From an uncultured Pseudobdellovibrionaceae bacterium (GTDB taxonomy: Bacteria > Bdellovibrionota > Bdellovibrionia > Bdellovibrionales > UBA1609): a stretch of 64,000 nt of DNA. This document shows, piece after piece, positions 1 through 9,750 of the stretch. The stretch covers positions 224,001 to 288,000 of the forward strand of contig CAWDNU010000003.1 in the NCBI GenBank assembly GCA_963803705.1, given 5' to 3'. The notes under the pieces are model-generated. The model worked only from the letters and a program-made list of their open reading frames with translations. It was not told the origin of the DNA and searched no databases. Within the stretch, counting starts at the first letter, position 1. Every line of letters begins with the position of its first letter. A program made the translations under genes and the position numbers.

Positions 1-633
1 TTAGATCACCCAGAAATCGGGTCTGAGATCAATGCATTCTTAAAGGACTTAATTATAGGTGACGTCGTGGCAGCCACTGAAATTACTTTTAATGATGGTT
101 CAACTTCAAATTTTGAATATGCACATAACTTTTCTGAGGGTTATCAAATCAAAAAGCCACTAACGTCTTTTTTTCATAGGTCGTTAAAATTACCTCTGGA
201 CCAGCTAGATTTGATGGCGGCTGCGATGCATGTCACAAGAAGCCAGCTTTATAAAGGTCTTTCATCTGTTTCAAATGATTTGATGACAGAGTCCATTGAA
301 GTGTATTCTGAAGTTCCTAGAGATGGTCGAAATATTTCAGAATTCAACTTGTACAAACTTGGTCGAACTAATTACGTTGCGGGTCCTGAAAATGAGGTAG
401 CTAACAAAATCATCGCTAGATTAAAAAAAATAGATCTATATGAAACTGAAACACGTAAGTCTTTGATTGAGGTATTTACTCTACTAAGTCAAAATCAGCC
501 TTTACCAACAACGGCAACACCAAATCAAGCTGCTATTTATAAACAAGGAGCGGATGATTTGTATTTATATCTGATGGGTGACCTACCATCGAAGGACTAC
601 TACAGTCGCATCTTATCAGTGATGACTAGGTAA
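1..633 (+). CDS. Hypothetical protein, 5'-truncated by the window edge
   Basis: Frame 1 is open from base 1 to TAA at 631-633; no recognisable motif. Confidence 0.6.
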   Translation, partial: LDHPEIGSEINAFLKDLIIGDVVAATEITFNDGSTSNFEYAHNFSEGYQIKKPLTSFFHRSLKLPLDQLDLMAAAMHVTRSQLYKGLSSVSNDLMTESIEVYSEVPRDGRNISEFNLYKLGRTNYVAGPENEVANKIIARLKKIDLYETETRKSLIEVFTLLSQNQPLPTTATPNQAAIYKQGADDLYLYLMGDLPSKDYYSRILSVMTR

Positions 634-726
634 GCTCGCCGCAGGCGAGAGGGTGCGTAAGCCAAACTGGTAAGCTCGCCGCAGGCGAGAGGGTGCGTAA
701 GCCAAACTGGTAAGCTCGCCGCAGGC
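629..726 (+). repeat. 40-bp tandem repeat (2 full copies plus an 18-bp partial copy) carrying a REP-like hairpin
   Basis: Unit GGTAAGCTCGCCGCAGGCGAGAGGGTGCGTAAGCCAAACT at 629-668 and 669-708, partial at 709-726; internal stem CTCGCC-GCA-GGCGAG. Confidence 0.9.
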
Positions 727-785
727 TGCAGATTGTCAGAATATTTAAGCCATCCCTAGCTGACTAATTGTGACCTGCCAAAGAA

Positions 786-976
786 ACAAGCGCGCTCGGC
801 AAATTTGAAGCTTAGTTATTTAAGTTTTTTAAAATTATATGGATATCAAAAGCGAGTTCGGATTGAGGTATTTTGCAAAAGCAAAAATGCCTCAAACGTA
901 TGTCCGAGACTTTTGATATCCATATAAATTTAAAAAACTTAAATAACTAAGCTTCAAATTTGACGAGCACGCTTGT
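786..976. repeat. Long palindromic element, copy A (67-bp arms, 57-nt structured core)
   Basis: 786-852 is the reverse complement of 910-976 with 3 mismatches; core 853-909 is homologous to 30432-30488. Confidence 0.9.
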
Positions 977-2354
977 CGACATCTAAAGCCGCTTCTCTTA
1001 AAGCTTCAGAAAGGGTAGGGTGGGCGTGAAAAGAACGGGCAAGGTCTTCGCTTGAGGCTCCAAATTCCATGGCTAATACAGCCTCTGCAATCATATCAGA
1101 CGCTCTTGGACCGATTATGTGTACACCAAGGATCTTATCCGTGTCCTTATGAGCTAAGACCTTAACTTGTCCCTCTGTCATTCCTAGAGCACGCGCGCGG
1201 CCATTGGCTAGAAATGGGAATTTACCAGATGCATAGGGAGTATTATCTTCTTTAAGCTGATCTTCAGTGTACCCAACTGATGCCACTTCTGGCCAAGTGT
1301 AGATGACCCCTGGCACAGTAAGATAGTTTACGTGCCCAGGCTTTCCGGCAATAATTTCAGCGACAGCTACGCCTTCTTCTTCTGCTTTATGGGCAAGCAT
1401 TGGGCCTTCGATAAGATCACCAACCGCATAAATATTATCTGTAGATGTTTGGAATTTTTTGTTAACGCTTAAAAATCCAAATTTATCTTTTTCTATATTC
1501 AAAGACTCTAACCCTAAACCCTCAGAATAGGGGCGACGTCCAGTGGATACTAAAACCGCGTCAACCATTAGCTCTTGGGATGAGCCGTCTTTCACAGATT
1601 CAACAATAACTTTAACCTTATTGTCATCTTGCACAACTGCCGAAGTGACTTTTGATTGCATCGAAAACTTAAGACCTTGTTTTTCAAGTGATCGATGAAG
1701 AAGCCTACCAATCTGGGAATCCATACTTACAGCAATTCGATCACCAAACTCTATTACAGTCACTTGCGAGCCCAAGCGTTGCCACACAGAACCCAACTCA
1801 AGCCCGATATAACCACCACCAATTACAATCATTTTTTCTGGCACATTAGCTAAATCTAAGGCGCCAGTCGAAGACACAATAAATTGCTCATCAATTTCAA
1901 TTCCAGGTAAAGTATTGTGAACACTTCCCGTGGCAAGCATTATGTTTTTTGTCTCTAGAACTTTTACTGAGCCATCCTCTAATTTTATTTCAACTTCATT
2001 TGTAGACTTTATTTTCCCAAAGCCAAAAAAAGTTTCAATTTTGTTCTTCTTCATTAAGCCTTGAACACCTTGGGTAAGACTTGCTACCACTTTTGATTTA
2101 CGAGTCATCATTTTTTCTAAGCTCAATTTAACTTCACTGACTTGAACCCCATGTTCTTCAAGCTCATTCAGCGTTTGGACATAGTGTTCGGAAGACTCAA
2201 GTAAGGCTTTAGATGGAATGCAGCCTACATTTAAGCAAGTTCCACCCAGTGTTTTTCTTTTCTCTATAATTGCTACTTTTAAGCCTAGCTGTGCAGCTCT
2301 GATAGCGCCTGTATATCCAGCGGGACCGGACCCAATAATTACTAAATCAAACAT
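954..2354 (-). CDS. lpdA: Dihydrolipoyl dehydrogenase (E3)
   Basis: GSGPAG FAD motif, GGTCLNVGCIPSKAL redox disulfide, C-terminal HPTLSE; follows sucB. Confidence 0.97.
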   Translation of the reverse strand: MFDLVIIGSGPAGYTGAIRAAQLGLKVAIIEKRKTLGGTCLNVGCIPSKALLESSEHYVQTLNELEEHGVQVSEVKLSLEKMMTRKSKVVASLTQGVQGLMKKNKIETFFGFGKIKSTNEVEIKLEDGSVKVLETKNIMLATGSVHNTLPGIEIDEQFIVSSTGALDLANVPEKMIVIGGGYIGLELGSVWQRLGSQVTVIEFGDRIAVSMDSQIGRLLHRSLEKQGLKFSMQSKVTSAVVQDDNKVKVIVESVKDGSSQELMVDAVLVSTGRRPYSEGLGLESLNIEKDKFGFLSVNKKFQTSTDNIYAVGDLIEGPMLAHKAEEEGVAVAEIIAGKPGHVNYLTVPGVIYTWPEVASVGYTEDQLKEDNTPYASGKFPFLANGRARALGMTEGQVKVLAHKDTDKILGVHIIGPRASDMIAEAVLAMEFGASSEDLARSFHAHPTLSEALREAALDVDKRARQI

Positions 2355-2405
2355 TCTTTACTCCAACTCTTCAAATTCAAAAATAAAAATTTAAAACAAT
2401 ACCAA

Positions 2406-3824
2406 TTAAACTTCTAAAATCATACGACTAGGATCTTCTAATGCTTCTTTTATTTTAACCAAAAAACTTACCGACTGTTTGCCGTCCACAACTCTGTGAT
2501 CATAAGACAAAGCAAGGTACATCATTGGACGTATTTCAACCTTACCATCGATCGCCACAGGTCTTTGTTCAATTTTGTGCATTCCTAAAATTCCGCTCTG
2601 GGGTGGATTTAAAATTGGGGTAGACATCAAAGATCCATACACACCACCATTACTGATCGTAAATGTTCCACCTGTTAAGTCGTCTATAGAAAGTTTATTA
2701 GCCTGAGCTTTTTCTGCGTAACGCTTAACTTCGGATTCGATATCTGAAATGGACAGTAAGTCTACGTCTTTGATGACGGGAACAACCAAACCTTTTGGTC
2801 CGCCAACGGCGATACCCATGTTCACAAAGTCATTAAAAATTAGCTCATCACCATCTATGTAAGCATTAACAGCTGGAAAATCTTTTAAAGCCGAAACAAC
2901 AGCTTTTGCAAAAAACCCCATAAAGCCTAAGCGAATTCCATGTTTTTTTTCAAATAGCTCTTTGTATTGAGTGCGCAAATTCATAACTGCCGACATATCA
3001 ACTTCGTTAAAAGTCGTTAGAATCGCAGCATCTTGTTGAGCCTGCACTAAGCGCTCTGCAATACGCTTTCTAATTGTAGTCATCTTTTCTCGTCTGGATT
3101 CGCGGCTTGCGAAGGCTTCAGACGGTTTAGCTAATACACGTTCTTTTGCTGAGGCTGGTTTGGATTCAACTTTATCAGCTATAGCTTTACTGCCGCTTTT
3201 ATTTTCTGAACTGCTTTGGAAGTTCTGGGCATCCTCTTTTGTTATCCGTCCACCAGGGCCAGTGCCCTTGATTTGGTTAGCGTCCAATCTACGCTCTTCA
3301 ATCACTCTTCTAGTCGCTGGACTTAGGGTGCTTGCCATTGAAGATGAAGATTGTTTGCCATCAGAAGTAGATTTATTTTCTGATCTGTTGTCTTCAGCGG
3401 AAGAAGTATCAGATTGCTCATCAGAATCCTTAGAAGTGTTTTTGCTTTCAGAAGTATTCGACGAACTTTCTTCAGACTCAGATTTGTCGTTAGAGTTATT
3501 GTCAGATTGGTCACTAATTTTACCGTCAGACTGGTCGGTGGATTGATCACCTGACAGGTCATTGGATTTATCGTTAGAATTTTCGTCTGACTTTGCAGAC
3601 GTATCTAGGCTACCAACAATGGCGCCGATTTCGACTGTCTCATCGGCCTGGGTGATAATTTTTAATTTTCCTGCTTTTTCAGCCACGACCTCAACACTTG
3701 CTTTATCAGTTTCTAAAGATAACAAAACTTCATTTTGCTCGACGTAATCTCCATCACTTTTAAACCATTCAGATATTGTGGCCTCAGTTATAGATTCTCC
3801 GACTGTTGGGATTTTGATGTCCAT
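2406..3824 (-). CDS. sucB: 2-oxoglutarate dehydrogenase E2, dihydrolipoyllysine succinyltransferase
   Basis: Lipoyl motif ETDKA, E3-binding [12 protein letters not shown], catalytic YDHRVVDG. Confidence 0.97.
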   Translation of the reverse strand: MDIKIPTVGESITEATISEWFKSDGDYVEQNEVLLSLETDKASVEVVAEKAGKLKIITQADETVEIGAIVGSLDTSAKSDENSNDKSNDLSGDQSTDQSDGKISDQSDNNSNDKSESEESSSNTSESKNTSKDSDEQSDTSSAEDNRSENKSTSDGKQSSSSMASTLSPATRRVIEERRLDANQIKGTGPGGRITKEDAQNFQSSSENKSGSKAIADKVESKPASAKERVLAKPSEAFASRESRREKMTTIRKRIAERLVQAQQDAAILTTFNEVDMSAVMNLRTQYKELFEKKHGIRLGFMGFFAKAVVSALKDFPAVNAYIDGDELIFNDFVNMGIAVGGPKGLVVPVIKDVDLLSISDIESEVKRYAEKAQANKLSIDDLTGGTFTISNGGVYGSLMSTPILNPPQSGILGMHKIEQRPVAIDGKVEIRPMMYLALSYDHRVVDGKQSVSFLVKIKEALEDPSRMILEV

Positions 3825-3911
3825 TAAATTTTTCTCCTAAGTGATAACCAATTGTTATGGTAAATTATTTCTTCTGCAAATTAATAAAAACACCAAGTTT
3901 TAAAAAATTTG

Positions 3912-6764
3912 TTAAGCGTTAATCTCTAGACTTTGCATAATAATAAGTTGTTGCTCCTTAGCATGTACAGAAGATGAGCCCGTAGCAGGCGAAGCTCGTT
4001 CGGTACGCCCGACATAGTAAACAGGAACATCATTACGCTTGAGTTTTTGTAAACACAGTCTAAGTTTAGGCATGATGTAACCGTAGGCTCCCATATTCTG
4101 TGGTTCTTCTTGTGTCCACAAAAGCTCTGTCATATTTGGGTAGCTATTTAAAGTTTCAGCAAGTTGTTGTTCAGGAAAAGGATAGAGCTGCTCGATGCGA
4201 ACCAATGCTACTCTATCGGATAATTTATCAGAAGCTAGTAGGTCATAATAAACTTTTCCAGAGCAAAAAACCACGCGCTTAACAACTTGACGATCTAACA
4301 AAGATTGTACGTCTGTTTTTTCAGTTAAAAACCTAGGATCGTCCAAGATCTCAGAAAAATGTCCATCATATAAATCTTCTTTAGAGCAGATGACTTTTGG
4401 GTGACGTAGCAACGATTTAGGTGACATAACGATCATAGGTTTTCTAAAATTTCGTTTAGTTTGACGTCTTAGAGCGTGAAAGAACTGGTTAGGCTCTGTA
4501 AAGTTACAAACCTGCATATTGTATTGAGCGCAAAGCTGTAAGAAACGTTCAAGTCGAGCACTAGAGTGCTCTGGTCCTTGTCCTTCGTAACCATGGGGAA
4601 GAAGTAAAACCAAACCATTCATCTGATACCATTTAGATTCACCACTGGAAAGAAACTGATCTATAATAATTTGAGCGCCATTAGCGAAGTCCCCAAACTG
4701 AGCTTCCCACACAGTTAAAAAACTTGGGTCTTTGATTGCATTTCCGTACTCGAACCCCAAAACCGCAAATTCAGATAATGGTGAGTTGTAAACACAAAAT
4801 TCTTTATCCTTGTTCAGCGCTTTGAAAGGATTAAAAGCCTCACCAGTATTCTTATCAAAGAACATAGCGTGGCGGTGGGTAAATGTTCCGCGAATAGAAT
4901 CTTGTCCAGATATTCTTACTGATGTGCCTTCCGACATCAAACTTCCATAGGCAAGTAGTTCGGCCAAACCCCAATCAATTAAATTTTCATCCCATTGCTT
5001 AGATCTATTTTTTAAAAGCTTTGCCACCTTTGGATGAAGCTCAAAACCTTCAGGCACTTGTGTTATATTCGACATCACAGTTTCTAGAGTTTCTTTTTTA
5101 GCCCTGGTGTCCACGGCGATAAAAGCGTCAGCCATAGTGCCGCGCTTTAAATCTTTCCAAAGGCCCGGCATAGGCGGGTGAGTGACTTCAGGTGGGTTTT
5201 CCTTAACCTCGTCACGAATTTCTTGAAGATTATCCATCTTTAAATCGTAAAATTCTTTAGCCTGCTCTTTAGTGAAAACTTTTTGCTCTGCTAATTTTTC
5301 TGAATATAAGGTGTAGGTTGTCTTCATTTTTTTAATTACACTGTACATTTCAGGCTGTGTAAATGCGGGCTCGTCGCCCTCGTTGTGGCCAAAGCGCCTG
5401 TAGCCCACAAGTTCAATAACCACATCTTGATTAAATTCTTGTCTGAATCGAATAGCAATATCCATAGCTTTCACACATGCTTCTGGATCGTCGCCATTAA
5501 CCATAAGAATGGGTGCTTTTATAGACTTCGCAATGTCAGAAGCGTACTTAGTGCTTCTAGCATCTTTTGGGTCAGTGGTGAAACCTACTTGGTTGTTCAT
5601 TACAATATGAATACTTCCACCTGTTGTATAACCTTTCAAAAGCGAAAGTTGAAAAGTTTCGCTCACTACACCCTGACCAATTACAGAAGCGTCTCCGTGG
5701 ATGAGCACTGGAACTACAGATTTTCTTTCTTTGGTATCATTATTAAATCTTTGTTCAGCGCGAACCATGCCTAACACAACTGGGTTTACGGCCTCTAGGT
5801 GAGATGGGTTAAACGCTAAGGCAACTTCAACTTTTCCATTTTTGGTCTCTTTAGTTGATTGATAGCCAAGGTGGTATTTAACGTCCCCGTCATAATCGTG
5901 AGATTGGTCAACACCCATGTTTCCATCAAATTCCGCAAAAATTATATTCAATGCTTTGTCCATAAAATTGGCCAACACATTGATTCGGCCTCGGTGAGCC
6001 ATACCTATTTTTACCGCTTTAACACCTAAGCTTGCCCCTTTTTCGCAAAGATATTCTAGGCTGGGTATTAACGAGTCACAGCCCTCAATGGAAAACCGCT
6101 TCATACCTACGTATCTTGTGTGCAGAAATTTTTCTAATGTCTCCGTTCGAGCAAGTTGTTTAAGAATATTAACTCTTTGGTCTTCATCTAACTCAAATTT
6201 TGAAGCTTCCATTTCTTTTGTGAACCAGTCCCTAATCTTAGGAAGACACTCTGCAGTTTGAACTGTAAGCGTTTGGCAGTACCAGGATTCAAGTTTATTA
6301 ATAATTTCATCTAAAGTTTTAGGTCCAAGACCTAAAATCTGTCCCATCGAGAAAGTTTTGGATGCATCAGACTCTTTTAAGTTAAAGGATTTGAAATCTA
6401 GAAAGGCAGTCTTTCGTTCTTGAAGTTTTAGTGGGTCTAGATCAGCCTTTAGATGTCCGTAGTCCCTGTAAGCTTGTATAAGTTCGTAAACTTTAAGTTC
6501 TGGTGAAGACTGATCAAGCTTCAGTTCTTCTGCAGGTGACTCGATAGGTTTATTTAAAGTACTGGAACTAGGTCGATCGATATCAGCATTTTTTACATTT
6601 TTATCGGATGAAAATGTGAATCCATCACTTTGCCCAAACTCTACGCCTTCAAAAAACTTCTGCCAAACAGGATCGATGCTGTTTGGATCCTGCCGGTACT
6701 TTTCCATTAGGGATTCTACGTATTCAAGATTAACCCTGTTCATATAGGGAAATTTATTGATCAT
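3912..6764 (-). CDS. sucA: 2-oxoglutarate dehydrogenase E1
   Basis: GMAHRGRINVL, GDVKYHLG, NPSHLE, HGDA, WEAQFGDFANGAQ, PHGYEGQGPEHSS; start placed at the ATG at 6764 behind a GGAG RBS. Confidence 0.97.
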   Translation of the reverse strand: MINKFPYMNRVNLEYVESLMEKYRQDPNSIDPVWQKFFEGVEFGQSDGFTFSSDKNVKNADIDRPSSSTLNKPIESPAEELKLDQSSPELKVYELIQAYRDYGHLKADLDPLKLQERKTAFLDFKSFNLKESDASKTFSMGQILGLGPKTLDEIINKLESWYCQTLTVQTAECLPKIRDWFTKEMEASKFELDEDQRVNILKQLARTETLEKFLHTRYVGMKRFSIEGCDSLIPSLEYLCEKGASLGVKAVKIGMAHRGRINVLANFMDKALNIIFAEFDGNMGVDQSHDYDGDVKYHLGYQSTKETKNGKVEVALAFNPSHLEAVNPVVLGMVRAEQRFNNDTKERKSVVPVLIHGDASVIGQGVVSETFQLSLLKGYTTGGSIHIVMNNQVGFTTDPKDARSTKYASDIAKSIKAPILMVNGDDPEACVKAMDIAIRFRQEFNQDVVIELVGYRRFGHNEGDEPAFTQPEMYSVIKKMKTTYTLYSEKLAEQKVFTKEQAKEFYDLKMDNLQEIRDEVKENPPEVTHPPMPGLWKDLKRGTMADAFIAVDTRAKKETLETVMSNITQVPEGFELHPKVAKLLKNRSKQWDENLIDWGLAELLAYGSLMSEGTSVRISGQDSIRGTFTHRHAMFFDKNTGEAFNPFKALNKDKEFCVYNSPLSEFAVLGFEYGNAIKDPSFLTVWEAQFGDFANGAQIIIDQFLSSGESKWYQMNGLVLLLPHGYEGQGPEHSSARLERFLQLCAQYNMQVCNFTEPNQFFHALRRQTKRNFRKPMIVMSPKSLLRHPKVICSKEDLYDGHFSEILDDPRFLTEKTDVQSLLDRQVVKRVVFCSGKVYYDLLASDKLSDRVALVRIEQLYPFPEQQLAETLNSYPNMTELLWTQEEPQNMGAYGYIMPKLRLCLQKLKRNDVPVYYVGRTERASPATGSSSVHAKEQQLIIMQSLEINA

Positions 6765-6862
6765 AATTAGTGCTCCACATTTCGTTAAGCATTCATTAAA
6801 AAGCATTCACGAAATTTTGCGATTAATATAGCAAAATTTCGAGCTGGTGTCCTTTACTTTTA

Positions 6863-7816
6863 TTATTTTGACTCAGCTTTTAGCAATTCTTTGATTGATC
6901 CTAAAGTTCCTAAAGCAGTTGAAGCTTCGTAAGGTATGAACACTTTATCTCCAGGTTCTGAAGTGAAGCTTTCAAAAGCCTCTATGTAACTACTTGCGAT
7001 TAAAAATTGCGTTGCAAGCTCAGGGCTTTTTGTAGATGCAGTTAGCAGAGTTATTGCGTCAGCTTTAGCTTTAGCAACTCTTTCCACTGCCATGGCCTCA
7101 CCATCAGCACGTAGGACTTCGGCCTCTTTGGCGCCGGCAGCGTGGTTTATCTGTTCGACCTTTTGACCTTCTGACCGTGCAATTCGAGACTCTTTATCAC
7201 CTTGGGCTTCCAAAACTTTCGCGCGACGTTCTCGTTCTGCTTGCATTTGTTTTTCCATGGCCTGCTGAATATCCCGTGGTGGCGTGATATTTCGTAGTTC
7301 CACTCGGTTGACCTTGGTACCCCACTTATCAGTGGCTTCATCTAAAATCATTTTCAACTTAGCATTAATAGTGTCTCTGGAACCTAGCGTACTATCTAAA
7401 TCCATTTCACCAATTACGTTTCTAAGTGAAGTTTGAGCCAACTGAGCAACCGCTAATGGCAAGTTTTCAATCTCGTAGGTAGCTTTAAATGGATCTGTGA
7501 TCTGAATGTACATGATTGCATCAATGCTTATAGATACGTTATCTTTTGTGATCACACTTTGTTCTGGAATATCTAAAACCGACTCCCTTAGATCAATCCG
7601 CGAAGTCAAATAAATCATCCCATGGTCCACCCACTTAATGGGTCTGGGAACGTCAACGAATGGAATCACAAAGTTGGGCCCGCTGGTTAGCAATTTGCTG
7701 AAAGAACCGAGGCGCTCCATCACAATAATTTGATTTTGATTTACAATATAAACACCTTTCAAAATTAGAACTACTGCAAGAACCGCTAAAACACCAGCTA
7801 CGAAAACTCCACTCAT
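6863..7816 (-). CDS. SPFH/band-7 (QmcA/stomatin-like) membrane protein
   Basis: N-terminal TM, VITKDNVSI, LDEATDKWG, MEKQMQAERERRA coiled coil; paired with NfeD. Confidence 0.92.
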   Translation of the reverse strand: MSGVFVAGVLAVLAVVLILKGVYIVNQNQIIVMERLGSFSKLLTSGPNFVIPFVDVPRPIKWVDHGMIYLTSRIDLRESVLDIPEQSVITKDNVSISIDAIMYIQITDPFKATYEIENLPLAVAQLAQTSLRNVIGEMDLDSTLGSRDTINAKLKMILDEATDKWGTKVNRVELRNITPPRDIQQAMEKQMQAERERRAKVLEAQGDKESRIARSEGQKVEQINHAAGAKEAEVLRADGEAMAVERVAKAKADAITLLTASTKSPELATQFLIASSYIEAFESFTSEPGDKVFIPYEASTALGTLGSIKELLKAESK

Positions 7817-7980
7817 TTTTTTACATCTCCTGTTGAATTAAAATAAATTTTAATTTGAAAGTACTTACTGTTTTATTTAATAAACCAATGCTAAATTTTT
7901 TTTCTTTAGATCTATTGCGCCTTTATATCTTTTTTAAAGGTTTGATAAGGCATATCAGGTTTCTTTTAGCTTGATAAACA

Positions 7981-8448
7981 CTAGCTAGGTATAGAGACCA
8001 AAGATACGAAAACCCTATTTCCATCAATTCGATCTATTCTAACTTTTGCTTTAACAGGTATAACAGAATCTATTTCAGTAGGTAAGGCGTTCCAGTGGTC
8101 TGCGTAAACTTTAACATAACCGGTGCCTGCCTTTTCGTTGATCTCTTCTATTACACTAACGACCCTGCCAATTAACGAGTCCATCCCAGTTAATTGGTGC
8201 TTACCAATAAACCTGGGCTTTACATACTTTACGGAAATATAGAAGTTAACAATAGACAAAAAGGCAAAGGTGATAAGCTCAATTTCTAAAGAGACGTAGG
8301 GTGCAATTATTGCGACAAATAAAAGTGATACTCCTAAGGGGAAAAGAAAAAACGTAGATACAAAAGCTTCAAGTATGATCAGACCCAGGCCGAGCCCTAC
8401 GTAAGCCTGCCAATTTAAAAGTAGTTCTAAATTCATAAGAATCTCCAT
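7981..8448 (-). CDS. Short NfeD-family protein (YbbJ-like)
   Basis: Three hydrophobic segments plus C-terminal OB-like LIGRVVSV..GYVKVYADHWNA; adjacent to the SPFH gene. Confidence 0.88.
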   Translation of the reverse strand: MEILMNLELLLNWQAYVGLGLGLIILEAFVSTFFLFPLGVSLLFVAIIAPYVSLEIELITFAFLSIVNFYISVKYVKPRFIGKHQLTGMDSLIGRVVSVIEEINEKAGTGYVKVYADHWNALPTEIDSVIPVKAKVRIDRIDGNRVFVSLVSIPS

Positions 8449-8629
8449 TTAAAATTTTGTAGTGTTTCAGTATGGGGCTTTTTTCAGAAATTAGCCCTAA
8501 TTTTCTAAAAAATGAGTCTCTATGTCATAAATTTTATAGAAACTAAATGGATTTTAATTTGTTAGAGTATTACTTAGATTACATAAATTATAAACAAACC
8601 TTGATCGTTGTTGAGGTTTAAAAAGGGGA

Positions 8630-9016
8630 GTGCATATGAAACTATTAAATAAATTATTTTTAGGAAAATTTCTAAGCACAAGCTTAGCTGTTTTTCTGGG
8701 CTTTGGCTTCAGTGCTCAAGCCAAACATCATGGTAAAAACCATAATGGGAAAGGTAAGGGCCCATGTGCCGAGATCGTGTGTGAACAAGGCGACAAATTT
8801 TGCTATGACAAAAAAAAAGAATGCATGTCGAAAATGTTCACCAAAAGAATGGAGAAGGCAAGATCTGAAGGCGTGAGTGTTGATAAAAAAAATATGTGGG
8901 TTCAGCGTTTGGAAAAGCGAGTGACTAAAAAAAGAGAAAGGATTCAGCAGCTCCAGACCAACATCACCGAGATCGAGGCAAATATAAAGCAAGTTAGGGC
9001 TTTAAAAACGAAGTAG
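8630..9016 (+). CDS. Hypothetical secreted basic protein (4 Cys, C-terminal coiled coil)
   Basis: GGGGAG RBS, signal peptide ending AQA. Confidence 0.7.
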   Translation: MHMKLLNKLFLGKFLSTSLAVFLGFGFSAQAKHHGKNHNGKGKGPCAEIVCEQGDKFCYDKKKECMSKMFTKRMEKARSEGVSVDKKNMWVQRLEKRVTKKRERIQQLQTNITEIEANIKQVRALKTK

Positions 9017-9138
9017 CTTAGCTTTTGATTATATTTCTGAGCTTAAAATAAGGGCTCGTTTCAGAATGTTGGGCGCAAAGCCCTCAAAGTGTCAACTATG
9101 AAGCCGGGGGCGCCAAACCCCTTTCTAATGGCATCAGG

Positions 9139-9169
9139 TTGACATAGGCCTTAAATTCTTAGATAAAGT
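9139..9169 (+). promoter_or_regulatory. Possible sigma70 promoter of rpsN
   Basis: TTGACA at 9139-9144; the -10 box is imperfect (TAAAGT at 19-bp spacing). Confidence 0.35.
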
Positions 9170-9207
9170 TCAGGTTATTTTGATTCAGGCTTATAGACGG
9201 AGAAGTA

Positions 9208-9513
9208 ATGGCTAAACTATCAAGTATTGTTAAGAATAAGAAAAAAATTGAAATGGTGGCTCGCTACCGTCAGAAGCGTGCAGATCTTAGAAAGATTCTT
9301 AAAAGTGCAACTTCTTCTTGGGAAGAAAAAGAAGCTGCCCGTGCTCAAATTACTCGTTTTCCTAGATATTCAATCGAAGTCCGTGTTTCAAACCGTTGTG
9401 AAATGACAGGACGCCCACGTGGTTTCTTGCGCAAATTTGGTTTATCTCGTATTGCATTCAGAGACTTGGCCAGCCGTGGTCAGATTCCTGGAGTAACCAA
9501 ATCTAGCTGGTAA
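9208..9513 (+). CDS. rpsN: 30S ribosomal protein S14, long Zn-independent (C-) form
   Basis: [33 protein letters not shown]; 101 aa; single Cys. Confidence 0.97.
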   Translation: MAKLSSIVKNKKKIEMVARYRQKRADLRKILKSATSSWEEKEAARAQITRFPRYSIEVRVSNRCEMTGRPRGFLRKFGLSRIAFRDLASRGQIPGVTKSSW

Positions 9514-9613
9514 GTTACAATAGGCGCCAAGGCTATGAAGTTTTGTCGGTGGTTTCATTGTTTTTTCACCATAAAAATCTAGATATTAGTGCTGACAGCT
9601 GTTAAAAGCCTAT

Positions 9614-9650
9614 AAAAAGAGATCTAAGGAAAACTTAGATCTTTTTTTTT
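9614..9650. terminator. Probable bidirectional intrinsic terminator
   Basis: AGATCTAAG-GAAAA-CTTAGATCT with an A-tract before and a T-tract after, between convergent genes. Confidence 0.75.
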
Positions 9651-9750
9651 AAAGCCGAGTACCTCAGGTGTCCTAAGCAAATTGTGTAAACCAGCCTCTC
9701 TTTATCTAGAGAGCAACTCTTCTTAATTTGCACCCTTACATCAGGCTGGC

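Noticed and set aside
629..726. CRISPR array
   Set aside because: Units are identical in tandem with no unique spacers, and there are no cas genes in the window.
786..976. Long palindromes as integron attC sites or retron msr-msd
   Set aside because: No RYYYAAC/GTTRRRY ends or cassette array, and no integrase or reverse transcriptase gene in the window.
3160..3747. Antisense/overlapping ORFs within sucB, and similar shadow ORFs within sucA, ftsH, glmM, the RND gene and purB
   Set aside because: They lie opposite or out of frame with well-supported conserved genes and show no independent signal.
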